From contig OZ281497.1 in NCBI GenBank assembly GCA_965637545.1, positions 27,094,001-27,158,000 on the forward strand: a DNA stretch of 64,000 bases, in the 5' to 3' direction. Positions 37,106-49,457 of this stretch are shown piece after piece. Both the position numbers and the translations under genes were made by a program. This DNA comes from Phallusia mammillata (lineage: Eukaryota). How positions within the stretch are numbered: the first letter of the stretch is position 1; every line of letters begins with the position of its first letter. Under the pieces are notes generated by a model. It was not told the DNA's origin. It saw only the letters and a list, made by a program, of their open reading frames with translations, and searched no databases.

Positions 37106-40100
37106 ATGCCAGTAAGCATGTCAGAAAACATGGAAAACCAACCTCGAAATGAAAGTTCTTATCCCACTGTTGCCCAAACTGTCCGTCACCGACCAAACAC
37201 GACACAAGAATCGGGTGACCGTGAACTTCACACAAGACTGCCTCAAGGTTTCCAACAATCTGGTGAAGTTGTCCCACGAACCGAACAATCAAGAGATGTT
37301 GTACCCCAAACTCATCCAGCTCGATTAATTCCAGTCGATTATGAGAACAAAGTTATAAATATTGTAGGTAATAAGAGCGACAGAGTTTGTGTAGTTGTTA
37401 ATCATTTGTATGTTTTTCAGGATAAAGCAGATGCTCCACGGTTTGGTGACACAATCACCCACATCCACACCACCGGACCAGTGCACAACGCACCAGTTGA
37501 ACTTCATCAACACAACTATTATACCCTGATTCAGCAACAACAAACGGTTCAGCATATACATGAACAACCTCACACTTCAACACAATCATCTGCACCAGTT
37601 GCTTTGGAGGAAGAAACCTCGCCAAAATCATTTAATGAAACCCCGCCCACATCCCATCAACCACATACATGTCGCAGCCATTCGAATTTATCTCTGAATG
37701 CAGAACCAGAAACCCTAGGTCATACGGCATCACAACCTAGGACAGCGACAGGCCAATCTACAGCATCTCACGCTTTGCCAAATGAAAACCAGCAAACAAC
37801 ACAAGTAACCGAAAATAAAAAATGTGAGGACAGGTTTTGTTTGGTAGTAGTTGTTTGGTAATACAAAATTTGTAAATATACCACTAATTAAAATACCGTA
37901 ATTAAACTGGTGCGTTTTACAGAATTAGTGTTTTACAGAATGTATCTTGTTTAGGTGAACAACTGAAATCTCTACTAAAGAGAGAAGTCCAAGCCATCGC
38001 CAGTAAAGAATCGACACTAGCTGAGATTTTAGACCAAGCTATAGAACCCGTCCCCGTTGCCATGGTTAACAAACCACAACAAATTGGCGACGAGTTTCTA
38101 GCAGAAGGACATTACCATCGCAGAGATGAACTTTACAAAAGACCAGAAAGTGACATCACCAGTGAGGAATTGTTCCCTCGTGCAAAACAGAATGCGCAAC
38201 AAGAGGCGGAGAAGAAGTTCAAAGCACATAAAATGGAAGCAAAAGAAAACTACATCGAACAACATGGTAATATAGTTGGTGTGGTTGGACAAGCTGGAAT
38301 AGGAAAAACCACATCAGCAAAAAAGTGGGCCCTACAAGCATTAGATGGACAATTGTGTGGAAGAGTATCATTCTTCTTTTACATTGCCATCAGGCTTCTT
38401 AAATTTAAAGGTGAAATGACACTACTTCAGTTTCTGATTTCCACCATGTTATGGGATTGGGACTGCACACCTGATGAGGCAACCAGTATACTTGCGGCTA
38501 TTTGCATTGACCCTCATGTTTTGATCATTTTCGATGGTTTAGATGAGGCTGCTTTCAAATCATTTTCTAATTCGGTTTCAAAACCCATATTAAATGGAGT
38601 AAATTCTGCAGAATGTTACTTGAAGAATTTGGCGGGAGGAAACTTACTTCCACGTGCTCGAAAAATTTTTACATCACGACCAGCTCTACTATACAAGCTC
38701 CATCCATCATACCGACCGAAGTTTATCGTCCAGATACTTGGTTTAACTCCAACGTCACAGAATAAACTCGGACGTCAGCTATGTGGCGAAAAATATAATG
38801 ACATACATCATAAACTGACCCAAAATCCTAATGTCTTTGGATACTGTTATGTTCCTGTCAATTTCATATTGACACTGAATTACCTGGTGAATTACGATGG
38901 AGATATTCAGTTTGTTTCGCTCACACGAGTTTTTGCTTTTACTTGCAGCCAATACGTAACAACAGATCATCTGAAGGGCCAAGAATGCGAATTGGACAAG
39001 CTAGCCAAAATGGCTTGGGATGCATTTCTGAAAGGCAAATTGGTATTTAAAGAAAAGAACTTTAAAAAAGCAGGAATAAAACCTTCCACAGCCGACGCCT
39101 TTCTCGCCACATCAGTAACAAAGCAAGTCAATCTCAAGCTGACGATATTAGACGGACACAAACTGAGATACTTTTCTCATCTCACCTGGCAGGAGTTTTT
39201 TGCCGCCTTCTACATGATGGTGATCATGCCCTTTAAGGAATTTCAGATGCAACAGAAACAACTAACCGAGGACAAATGGGAAGTTGTTTCAAAGTTTGTT
39301 TTTGGAATCTGCGATTCTTGGGTTTTTAATAGTCTTGAAATCCTGGTCGATGCAAGTTCTACTGAAGATTGGTCACGCAAGAAGTCCTGGCTGACCGAAC
39401 TCTTGAATAAAATGAGCACAACAAACATGAAGCGAGTGTGGAGCTGGGCTCATGAGATGAATGATCGAGAAATTGTGTCGTCTATTGCTTCTCTACTACC
39501 TGATGTGCTCGACCTCAGTGGTTCATCTCTATTTCCTGACGACGTTGAAAACCTTTCCTTCGTGCTTCAACACAGAGCCAACCCGGTATCACTGTGGTTT
39601 AAATTCCGATTTTTTCCAAAAAGCATGTGCTACTTTTAACCAAAATGTCAACAACTGCCATCGTCAGTAAATGGCATTAAAAAAATAAAACTACTTAGTA
39701 CTTTGGCATGTGGTTAATATGATTCTCATGCTTTATTTTAAAGAGAAGGTCAAGTTATTTTGTGTGTAATGCAAGACCTTATGGACAGATTATGTTGGCA
39801 TTAAGACACAAAATATATTGCCATTAGTAATAAAATAAGTCTGCTTCGAGACATCAAAACAGACAAAAGATTCACTACATTCGAATGGTTTTATTGACTT
39901 TAAGATATGAGTTCCATAAAGTAACCTGTTTAACAAATATTGGTCTTCCAGCAGATTTTTATTTAAGAATAAATTTCGACGTCGCATGCAAGTTTACTGA
40001 TGATAACTCTTCACTGCTCACATAATTATAAAACAACATATGCGACATAACTTTGTATATAACATTACAAAACTCTTGTTCGAAGTTTGCGTAAAATAGC

Positions 40101-43100
40101 TATTTAAAACATTGTCCAGAAAATAAGCACATTCCTTTTCAGAGATATTAAAACAAAGGCCACCAAAAAACGTAATTTTGCAACCAAAATGTAACGACCC
40201 ACCTATCCACCATTATGATATTATATCATCATTTATAATGCTTGCCTTACAAGTAGGGTAAGCTTTAAAGCGCCAGACAAATGCAAAAGCATCAACCTGT
40301 ACGAATCTAAAAAATCAACATCAGACCGCGGGCCACTTCTGGTCCGTTGATGGTACCTGTTTCGCCCGCGTGAGGTCAAATAAATTAAATTAATATATAT
40401 ATATATAATGGCGTATTTGTGATGTGCATGAAATATGGTAGTGTTGGTTAGTTTCGAAAAACTGCCATTGTTTTCTCTTTCTTGTATGTTTACGTATTGA
40501 CTCACATGCGTAAGCGAACTGCTACATGTGATGCTGGTCAAGTCTATATAAAACAAGTTGTCCAACCCAATGTTACGCGATAAAGGCTATGCAGCCATTT
40601 GTGTCCAAAACAATACAGCGGGTATAGGAGGAAAAACAAATTTATAGTCGGATTTTTGCAAGTTGAAGATCTTACAATTTGATTGACCATATTGAATAAA
40701 AATTTCGGGTTTTGACATTTCGTCTTAATATTGCAAGCAATGCGGAAAATCATCCTGAGCAGAATTGAGTTATTATACCCAAAATAACTGACTTATGTTG
40801 GTTCGGCACTCCAACATAAGTCAGTTATTTTGGGTGGCCCTATTTCTAATATTGATTGCCCACCCCTGCTTTACAGAAATATTTAGTAACTTAACCTGCA
40901 TTAATCTAACAAATGTCACATTGTTGATATTTACGTTTCCTATGTTACTAGATGACATTTGTTATTTTGCTTTAACATCAGCTGAAGAGACTGAACCTCA
41001 ACAATATCGGTGATCTGGGTTTATCTTTATTGGCTCGTTGCCTTCACAATATCGAAAACCTGAATCTGGAGTGGTGTGACATCGGAAGCAAAGGAGTTAG
41101 ACAACTCTGCGATTCTGTACTGAAACTGGAAAAACCTGTAAGAAATTTTTATTCATGCAAGTAAACAATTATAAAGAATATTTAGTTTGCCATTTTCAGT
41201 GAATACTTGGGTCAGAGTACTTTGATACCATATAGGATACGCTTCAAATGTTAAATTTGAAATAAAAATCAATTCTTTTCGCTTATAACAGCATTATAAT
41301 CATCTTCTGCAATGCTTACATTCAAAATGACGTTTTCAAAAATGATGCACATCATAAATACGCCATTTTTTTACCTTTTAATTTACTTGACCTCACGCGG
41401 GCGAAGCTGGTACAGTCAACGGGCGGGATGTTGCCCGCGGGCCGTAAAATGACCAGGTCTTCTGTAAACACTGATGTCGATTTTTCAGACTCGTACAGGT
41501 TCACGCTTTTGCATTTGTGTAGCGCTTGAAAGCTTACCAGAATTGTAAGGCAAGCATTAGAAATGATGATATAACATCACAATGGTGGATACTTGGGTCG
41601 TTACATTTTTGTTGCGGAATTACGTTTGTTTGGGACTTTTGTTTTTGTTTGTGATATTTCTGACAAGGAAGGTGCTAATTTTACGTACCATATTTTAAGG
41701 AGCTATTTTACGTAAACTTTGAACATGAGTTTTGTAATGTTACATGCAACGTTATTTCGCATATGTTTTAACATTTCAGCGTAATATTGCAAGCAACGGC
41801 AAAAATTAATACTGAGCAGAAAAACAGAAAGTTCAAGTTGTTGGTTGGGCCCTAAACACAAGTCAGTCTTTTGGGTGGTTCCTTTCCAAAATTAATTCTC
41901 CACCCCTGGTTTATAGAAGTATATAGAAACTTTTCCTGCATTAATCTAACAAACGTCACATTGTTGATTTTCAACGTTTGCTATGTTACGAATTGACATG
42001 TGATATTTTGCTTTAACATCAGCTGAAGAGACTCGATCTCTCCCACAACAAGATCTGTGATCTGGGTGCATCTTTATTGGCTCGTTGTCTTTACAATATC
42101 GACGAGCTTGTGCTGCGGGGATGTGACATCGGAAGTGAAGGGGTGGGACTGCTTAGCGATTCTGTACTGCAACTGGAAAAACCTGTAAGAAATTTTTATT
42201 CGTGCACGTGAACAATTATGAAGAATATTTAGTTCGCCATTTTCAGTGAATACTTGGGTCAGAGTACTTTGATATAAAGTAGGATACGCCTCAAATGTTA
42301 AATTTGAAATAAAAATCAATTTTTTCCGCTGATAACAGCATTATAATCATCTTCTACAATGCTTTTATTTGAAATGACCTTTAATCGTTATCTGCGGTAC
42401 ATTTTGTCTCTTTCCAATTTGTTTGTCGAGACTGCAAAAAAAAAAACACTTCACACCATAAAGATCGCGTTTGCCTTTCCCGATGACGGATAAGCATAAC
42501 ATTACAAATCAAGTAGTCACTTCACCTTTTGTTTCACGTTTTAAGCGCGCTGTACGTTCAGCCATCGGCTCTAATCAGAATGCTAATGTGTTAAAATGCT
42601 GGAGTCAACACATGCCAATTAAAGTTTTTACCACACATTGTCAGCTTGGTCAACTCGCATCAAAAGAGCAAAAAACATCAAGCGACTTAAAATGACAAAA
42701 ACTGCATTAACACCTTCACAGTTGACCCCAGGTCGTGTGTTTTTCGCGTTCGCCAATACGCCAGTGTCGTTTATGACATCTTATTTCAGGCTCTATTAAA
42801 TTTCAAGCGGGATGCAATACAGTACATTTAATAAATGTACATCTTGTTTACACTTTGCTCTAGTAGTTAGAACATTTATTACTCTAATGCATTAGGACAA
42901 ACACAAAGCAACGAACTAAATCAGCATTCACTTACCCACTTGTTTTCTATCAACACCAACAATAATTACACAAACAGAACCGGAGAACAGACGGGGTGGT
43001 TTGTTTCATGCTGTAAGGCGGTTGGGAAAGAAAAATGATGGCAAATAAATATCATCTTAAACAGTGTTTGCTAAAGAAAAAACAATTTGAACTGTCATTT

Positions 43101-46100
43101 TCTGCTCCTTTGTTACACTGTGTCACGATAGAAAGTAAAAATGTAAAACACTGAACGCGGGTTACATTTGCTATGTATAATGGTACACTCCGTTCTTATC
43201 TATCTGTGCATTCAAGTGTTTGCTTTGGGCTTGTTATGACATGAACATTTTTTTCGCGCATGCTGCCCCTGTTTGCCGTACCCCTCTTGTTGTGTATTAT
43301 AAACAACCTGTGTATTATAGAGACTTTGACCAGCATCACATGCAGCTTTTCACTTACGTATATGAGTCTATAAGGAAATATATATGAAATAAGGAAACAA
43401 TGGCAGTCTTTTCAAAATAAAACCAACGCTACCGTATTTCATGCACATCATAAATACGCCATTTTTTTACCTTTTAATTTACTTGACCTCACGCGGGCGA
43501 AACTGGTACAGTCAACGGGCGGGATGTGGCCCGCGGGCCGTAAAATGACCAGGTCTTCTGTAAATACTGATGTCGATTTTTCAGACTCGTACAGGTTCAT
43601 GCTTTTGCATTTGTGTAGCGCTTGAAAGCTTACCAGAATTGTAAGGCAAGCATTAGAAATGACGACCTAACATCAAAATGGTGGACACTTGGGCTGTTAC
43701 ATTTTTGTTGCGGAATTACGTTTGTTTGGGACTTTTGTTTTTGTTTGTGATATTTCTGACAAGGAAGGTGCTAATGTTATGTACCATATTTTGAGGAGCT
43801 ATTTTACGTAAACTTTGAACATGAGTTTTGTAATGTTACATGCAACGTTATTTCGCATATGTTTTAACATTTCAGCGTAATATTGCAAGCAACGGCAAAA
43901 AATAATACTGAGCAGAAAAACAGAAAGTTCAAGTTGTTGGTTGGGCCCTAAACACAAGTCAGTTAATTTGGGTGGCTCTCTTTAAAAATTAATTCTCCAC
44001 CCCTGGTTTATAGAAGTATATAGAAACTTTTCCTGCATTAATCTAACAAACGTCACATTGTTGATTTTCAACGTTTGCTATGTTACGAATTGACATGTGA
44101 TATTTTGCTTTAACATCAGCTGAAGAGGCTCGTCCTCTCCTACAACACAATCGATGATCTGGGTGCATCTCCATTGGCTCGTTGCCTTCACAATATCGAC
44201 GAGCTTGTGCTGCGGGGATGTGACATCGGAAGTGAAGGGGTGGGACTGCTTAGCGATTCTGTACTGCAACTGGAAAAACCTGTAAGAAATTTTTATTCGT
44301 GCACGTGAACAATTATGAAGAATATTTAGTTCGCCATTTTCAGTGAATACTTGGGTCAGAGTACTTTGATATAATATAGGATATGCCTCAAATGTTGAAT
44401 TTGAAATAAACAATGATTCTTTCCGCTGATAACAGCATTATAATCATCTTCTACAATGCTTTTATTTGAAATGACCTTTAATCGTTATCAGCCGTACATT
44501 TTGTCTCTTTCCAATTAATTTGACTGCAAAAAAGCACTTCACACCAGAAAGATCTCGTTTGTCTTTCCCGATGACGGATAAACATAACATTACAAATCAA
44601 TTAGTCACTTCACATTTCGTTTCACGTTTAAAGCGCGCTATACGTTCAGCCATCGGCTCTGATCAGAATGCTTACGTGTTATAATGCCTGGAGTCAACAC
44701 AACTTCACAGTTGACCCCAGATCGTCGAGTGTTCTTCGCGTTCGCCAATACGCAAGTGTCGTTTATGACATCTTATTTCAGGCTCCATCAAATTCGAAGC
44801 GGGTTGCAATACAGTACATTTAATAAATGTACATCTTGTTTACACTTTGCTTTAGTAGTTAGAACATTTATTACTGTCATGAAGGCACACACCTTTAAGC
44901 GGTTACCTGTATTGACTGCCACGTTTAAGACGCGGTACACGGTTATATACGAAACGTGACGTCATAATTCGGGGACGACATCTAGCGGTAAATACATACA
45001 TCACAACTTCCCTTCGTTTAAATTGAACTTAACTGACGTCTCGAAGGGTAAGGATTCACAATAACATTCAATGGACGTAAATGTACACGATTACGCCGAT
45101 ACAATACACCATCACTAGTTTTTACAAGATAAGAGCGATGAGATAACTGTTTTTCTATAGTTCCTTGTTGATCCCATAGTTTGTTTTGAGTATTGTATAG
45201 TTTCTGGTCTCCGAATGGAGGCGTGGGTTCGAATCCCACTTCTGACACCATGTCATAAACGCACACACCTTTAAGCGGTTACCTGTATTGACTGCCACGT
45301 TTAAGACGCGGTACACGGTTATATACGAAACGTGACGTCATAACTCAGGGACGACATCTAGCGGTAAATACATACATCACAATTACTCTAATGCATTAGG
45401 ACAAACACAAAGCAACGAACTAAATCAGCATTCACTTACCCACTTTTTTTCTATCAACACCAACAATAAATACACCAAACAGAACCGGAGAACAGACGGG
45501 GTGGTTTGTTTCATGCTGTAAGGCGGTTGGGAAATAAAAATGATGGCAGAAAAATATCATCCTAAACAGTATTTACTAAAGAAAAAACAATTTGAAATGT
45601 CATTTTCTGCTCCTTTGTTAAGCCGTGTCACGATAGAAAGTAAAAATGTAAAACACTGAACGCGGGTTACATTTGCTATGTATAATGCTATGCGTACGTT
45701 CCTTTCTTATCTACTTGTGCATTCAAGTGCTTGCTTTGGGCTTGATATGACATGAATATTTTTTCACGCATGCTGCCTCTGCTGTCCGTCGAGACATTAA
45801 AATTGAAAACAGTTTTTCCACATACGAGTGATTTTAATTTGATTACATGATATGTGTTCCATCAATTAAGCTGTTTAACAAATATTGGTCTTCCAGCAGA
45901 TTTTTTTTGTGGAATAAATTCCGAAGTCCATACGAGTTTTCCGATGTTAACTCTTCACTGATCACATGATTATAAAACAACATATGCGAAATGACGTTGC
46001 ATGTAACATTACAAAACTTTCTGTTCAAATTTTACGTAAAATAGCTACTCGAAACATGGTTCAGAAAATTTGCACATTCCTTATTAGAAATATTGCAAAC

Positions 46101-49100
46101 AAAAGTCGCAAACAAACGTAATTTTGCAACAAACATGTAACAACCCAAGTGTCCACCATTTTGATGTTATATAATTATTTCTAATACTTGCCTTACAAGT
46201 AGGGCAAGCTTTCAAGCGCTACATAAATGCAAAAGCGTGAACCTGTACGAGTCTGAAAAATCGACATCAGTGTTTACAGAAGACCTGGTCATTTTACGGC
46301 CCGCGGGCAACATCCCGCCCGTTGACTGTACCAGCTTCGCCCGCGTGAGGTCAAGTAATTTAAATAAAAAATATAAAAATGACGTATTTATGATGTGCAT
46401 GAAATACAGTAGTGTTGCTTTTATTTTGGAAAGACTGCCATTGTTTTCTTATTTTTATGTATATTTACGTAGTGACTCACATGCGTAAGCGAAATCTGCA
46501 TGTGATGATGGTCAAAGTCTATGTGAACACAAGTTGTCCAACCCATTGTTACGCGATAAAGCCTATGAAGCCATTTTGTGTCCAAAATAATACAGCGGGT
46601 ATTGGAGGGCAAGACATATGTATAGTTTGATTTTTACAAACTGCAGAGCTTAAACTCGAATATTATTCGCCATATTGACTAAAAATTTCGTGTTTTGACA
46701 TTTCAGCGTAATACTGCGAGTAATGGAGAAAATTAATCCTGTCCAGATTTGAGTTATTGTTGGTTCGGCCCTTCAACATAAGTCAGATTTTTGGATGGCT
46801 CCTTTCAAATATTAATTGCCCACCCCTGGTTTACAGAAGTATTTAATAACTTAACCTGCATTAACCTTACAAACGTCACATTGTTCATTTCTCACATTTG
46901 CTTTGTTACGAATTGACGTGTGACATTTTTCTTTAACATCAGCTGAAGAGCCTCGTCCTCTCCTACAACAAGATCGGTGATCTCGGTTTATCTTCATTGG
47001 CTCGTTGTCTTCACAATATCGACGTACTTGAGCTGTCGGGATGTGAGATCGGAAGCGAAGGAGTGAGACTGCTCAGCGATTCTGTACTGGAAAAACCTGT
47101 AAGAAATTTTGACTCATGCTCGTAAACAATTATAATAAAAACTTTGTTTATCATTTTTATTCCAAGCGGGATGCAATTCAGTACATTCAACAATTGCACA
47201 TCTTGTTTACACTTTGTTCTAGTGTTTAGTACATTTGTTACACTAATCAATGACAAAAAATACCAATATCACAGCGTCCTCATCTTGTAAAAAAAACCTA
47301 TGCACACTGCATGCGCAACTTAGTTTCCTCATTTAAGGAGTGTACTTTAAATTGCACTGTGACAAATGCTGTACAATGTCATGTTTCGCTAAAATCTTAT
47401 AATAACTTTTTCTGTGTCCGAAAATAGGAACTAGTTACATTTTTTTGGATTAATTTTTTATATTATTGTTAGGAAGTAAGTTTTAAATTGAATTAAACCA
47501 GGAGTTGGGAATTACATTGGTTCCAGTTTCCCTGTAAACAGGGCCCGTTTAGCGGAGAGCCCTATCGTGTAAGTTATTGACCAAAACTGGATTTGCCTTT
47601 TAACTGCTTAGTGTGATTAACGGACTATCCCAATTTCCCCGATTTAAAAGCCGAGCAATGCTTCTCTATATAACAAACGAAAAGCGGTTGTTCGCGCACA
47701 ATCTAACAATTCCTCACTCTTGTTTGTGTTGTAGCATACTGCCCTAGGATAACTGTATGTGAGGCAATCCAGCAAAAGTAAATATAATATAAATGTAAAA
47801 AAAGAAACAATGAACTGGTGTGCCTAAAATGGAAATAAATGTGAAGAAACGATTAATGAATAAACAATACGTAACATCTCAAATCAAGCAGTCACTTACC
47901 AACTAGTACTTTTTTACATTATACACGCTTAACACTTATAACATAGCTCAGAATCTAATAACTTTTTTGCAAAGGTTAGTTGTGGGCTGGCCTCGTGCGT
48001 TGGTAAATGAACTAATTTCCCTCACATCGTCGCATTACATAAACACGAAATACATCAAGTAAACAAATCACACATGACTTCATTTTAACCCGGGTGTAAT
48101 GCGTTCGCCTGTAACAAGATGGTCATGTTTGACAAACTCAAAACGGGGATATCTTGTGTTCTCCTCCTATTCTGTGTTCAAAAAACCTAATCATTTGTTT
48201 CCCAAAAATACTGTGTAAAACAATTCTTAAACCAGTAGATTGGAAGCGATAAATATTTTGTAAGCCAATGATTGTCTGATAATTCACGCAAACCTATTAA
48301 GCGTAAATCAAATGCGAGACTTCTAAACAAAATAAACATTCACATAAAAAGCACCGGTTTTCAATACTGCCACTAAACAAACATTTCCACATTGCTCAGC
48401 ATACTTTAAAGTATGGTATAAAAATACGAAACCTAATTTCGACTACGAATGTCCTCAAACGCATTGCGCGCACTACAGGATAGGCCTTAATGACTAACTA
48501 TTCATATTCATTTAACTCATTCACTACTAAACTTCATTTTGCAAAGATACATTGTGTGTACTTCTCTCCTGAGTCCAGCAAATTGATTAAATTAATAACT
48601 TCGCACAGTAAAATACAATATGACAAAAATAAAATGCTAAAACACGCAGGGAAAGAATAACCGGCCACATTGCTTAACGAGTCCATGTTACGGATTTTGT
48701 TTGATCCCAGAAACTTGTGACGCAGTTTAAAACTTGTCACGTGGACAGTGAAACGAAACGTTTTGTGAGTAAAGTCGAATTAGGGTAAAAATGTAAAATT
48801 TTAATTTCCAGTCAATTGTTTTTCGACTTTGTTCGGCACATTGTGTTAGAACAAAACAATTGCAGTTCAGTTCAATGGAAGAAGTAAAACCTGAAGCTTA
48901 AACCAAACCTACGTGACAAATGCAGTGCACCAACATATGCAGGGCGCCACCGAGTGTCAGGCACGACATAAGCGAAAAAACAGCAAAAAAGTTTGAAAAG
49001 AATGGAAGGCAAAGCAAAAAAGTTATAAGAAAATGCGCAGCTGAATTTGCTGGTGTCAACAATAAACAACTGGAAAATATTTCGTTAACTGAAACGACGT

Positions 49101-49457
49101 ACCATTGTGTTCTGCGAAATATTACCTGGCTTAGTTTAAATGTCAAATGAAATACATTTTGTGATTCTTTGTTTTCATGTCCTGTCATCATGCTGTTAGC
49201 GTACGATTACGTGACGTCATATATTTTTAATTGGTTTCGTAAAAATGCATAAATCAAACTGATTGAACTCACTTATCAGTTGTTTTATTTAGATGGAATA
49301 TCTTGATCTGTCTAGGAACAACCTGACAGATGAAAGTGCTAAGTCATTGGCTCGATGTGTTCACAACATCAGCGTTTTGTGTGTTTGGGATAGCAACTTC
49401 ACAGAAGCAGGGAAGAATCTCATCAGATCAAAGTCGCGAGGGAGAGTTGGAATCTAA
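37106..49457 (+). CDS. NLR-2: RHIM-like N-terminus - NACHT - LRR, ~1030 aa with four internal LRR cassettes
   Basis: Exons 37106-37363, 37421-37823, 37955-39585 (GQAGIGKTT, LIIFDGLDE), cassettes A 40982-41137, B 42023-42184, C 44120-44281, D 46943-47098, terminal 49293-49457 (TAA). Phases are consistent, total 3093 nt. Confidence 0.9.
44875..45381 (-). mobile_element. 507-bp miniature (TRIM-like) Gypsy-derived LTR element
   Basis: 131-bp LTRs TG...CA at 44875-45005 and 45251-45381 (4 differences); 5-bp TSD attac at 44870-44874 and 45382-45386; empty site at 42878-42882. PBS tggtgtcagaagtgggat next to the 5' LTR; purine tract gaagggaag next to the 3' LTR; integrase-tail peptide RSYLVKTSDGVLYRRNRVHLR. 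Confidence 0.92.
45202..45250 (+). pseudogene. 3' half of tRNA-Leu (CAA-type) with CCA, embedded as an extended PBS; not a tRNA gene
   Basis: TTCTGG-TCTCCGAATGGAGGCG-TGGGTTCGAATCCCAC-TTCTGACA-CCA: 3' anticodon stem, long variable arm, T-arm, acceptor strand and CCA. No 5' half is present. Confidence 0.85.

Larger units (their letters stand above)
41345..45790 (+). repeat. Recent ~2.1-kb tandem duplication carrying LRR cassettes B and C
   Basis: About 41345-43260 vs 43440-45790 are highly similar, including the exons; the second copy carries the LTR-element insertion. Confidence 0.9.
39990..46520. repeat. Four copies of a ~450-550 bp intronic segment in mixed orientation around the NLR-2 LRR cassettes
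   Basis: Reverse copies at about 39990-40460 and 45970-46520; forward copies at about 41345-41770 and 43320-43866. The core 41384-41534 is the reverse complement of 46207-46357 with one mismatch. Confidence 0.9.

Noticed and set aside
45202-45250. Functional tRNA-Leu gene
   Set aside because: Only the 3' half is present, with encoded CCA, directly abutting an LTR; it is a primer-derived copy.
45440-45514. Antisense mini-exon MKQTTPSVLRFCLVYLLLVLIEKKW with good splice signals inside an NLR-2 intron
   Set aside because: The paralogous copy (about 42936-43010) is frameshifted and no compatible downstream exon was found; it may be chance or a fossil.
40982-47098. LRR cassette array as a CRISPR-like or prokaryotic repeat system
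   Set aside because: The repeats are spliceosomal exons with GT-AG boundaries in a eukaryotic gene; there is no repeat-spacer periodicity and no cas genes.
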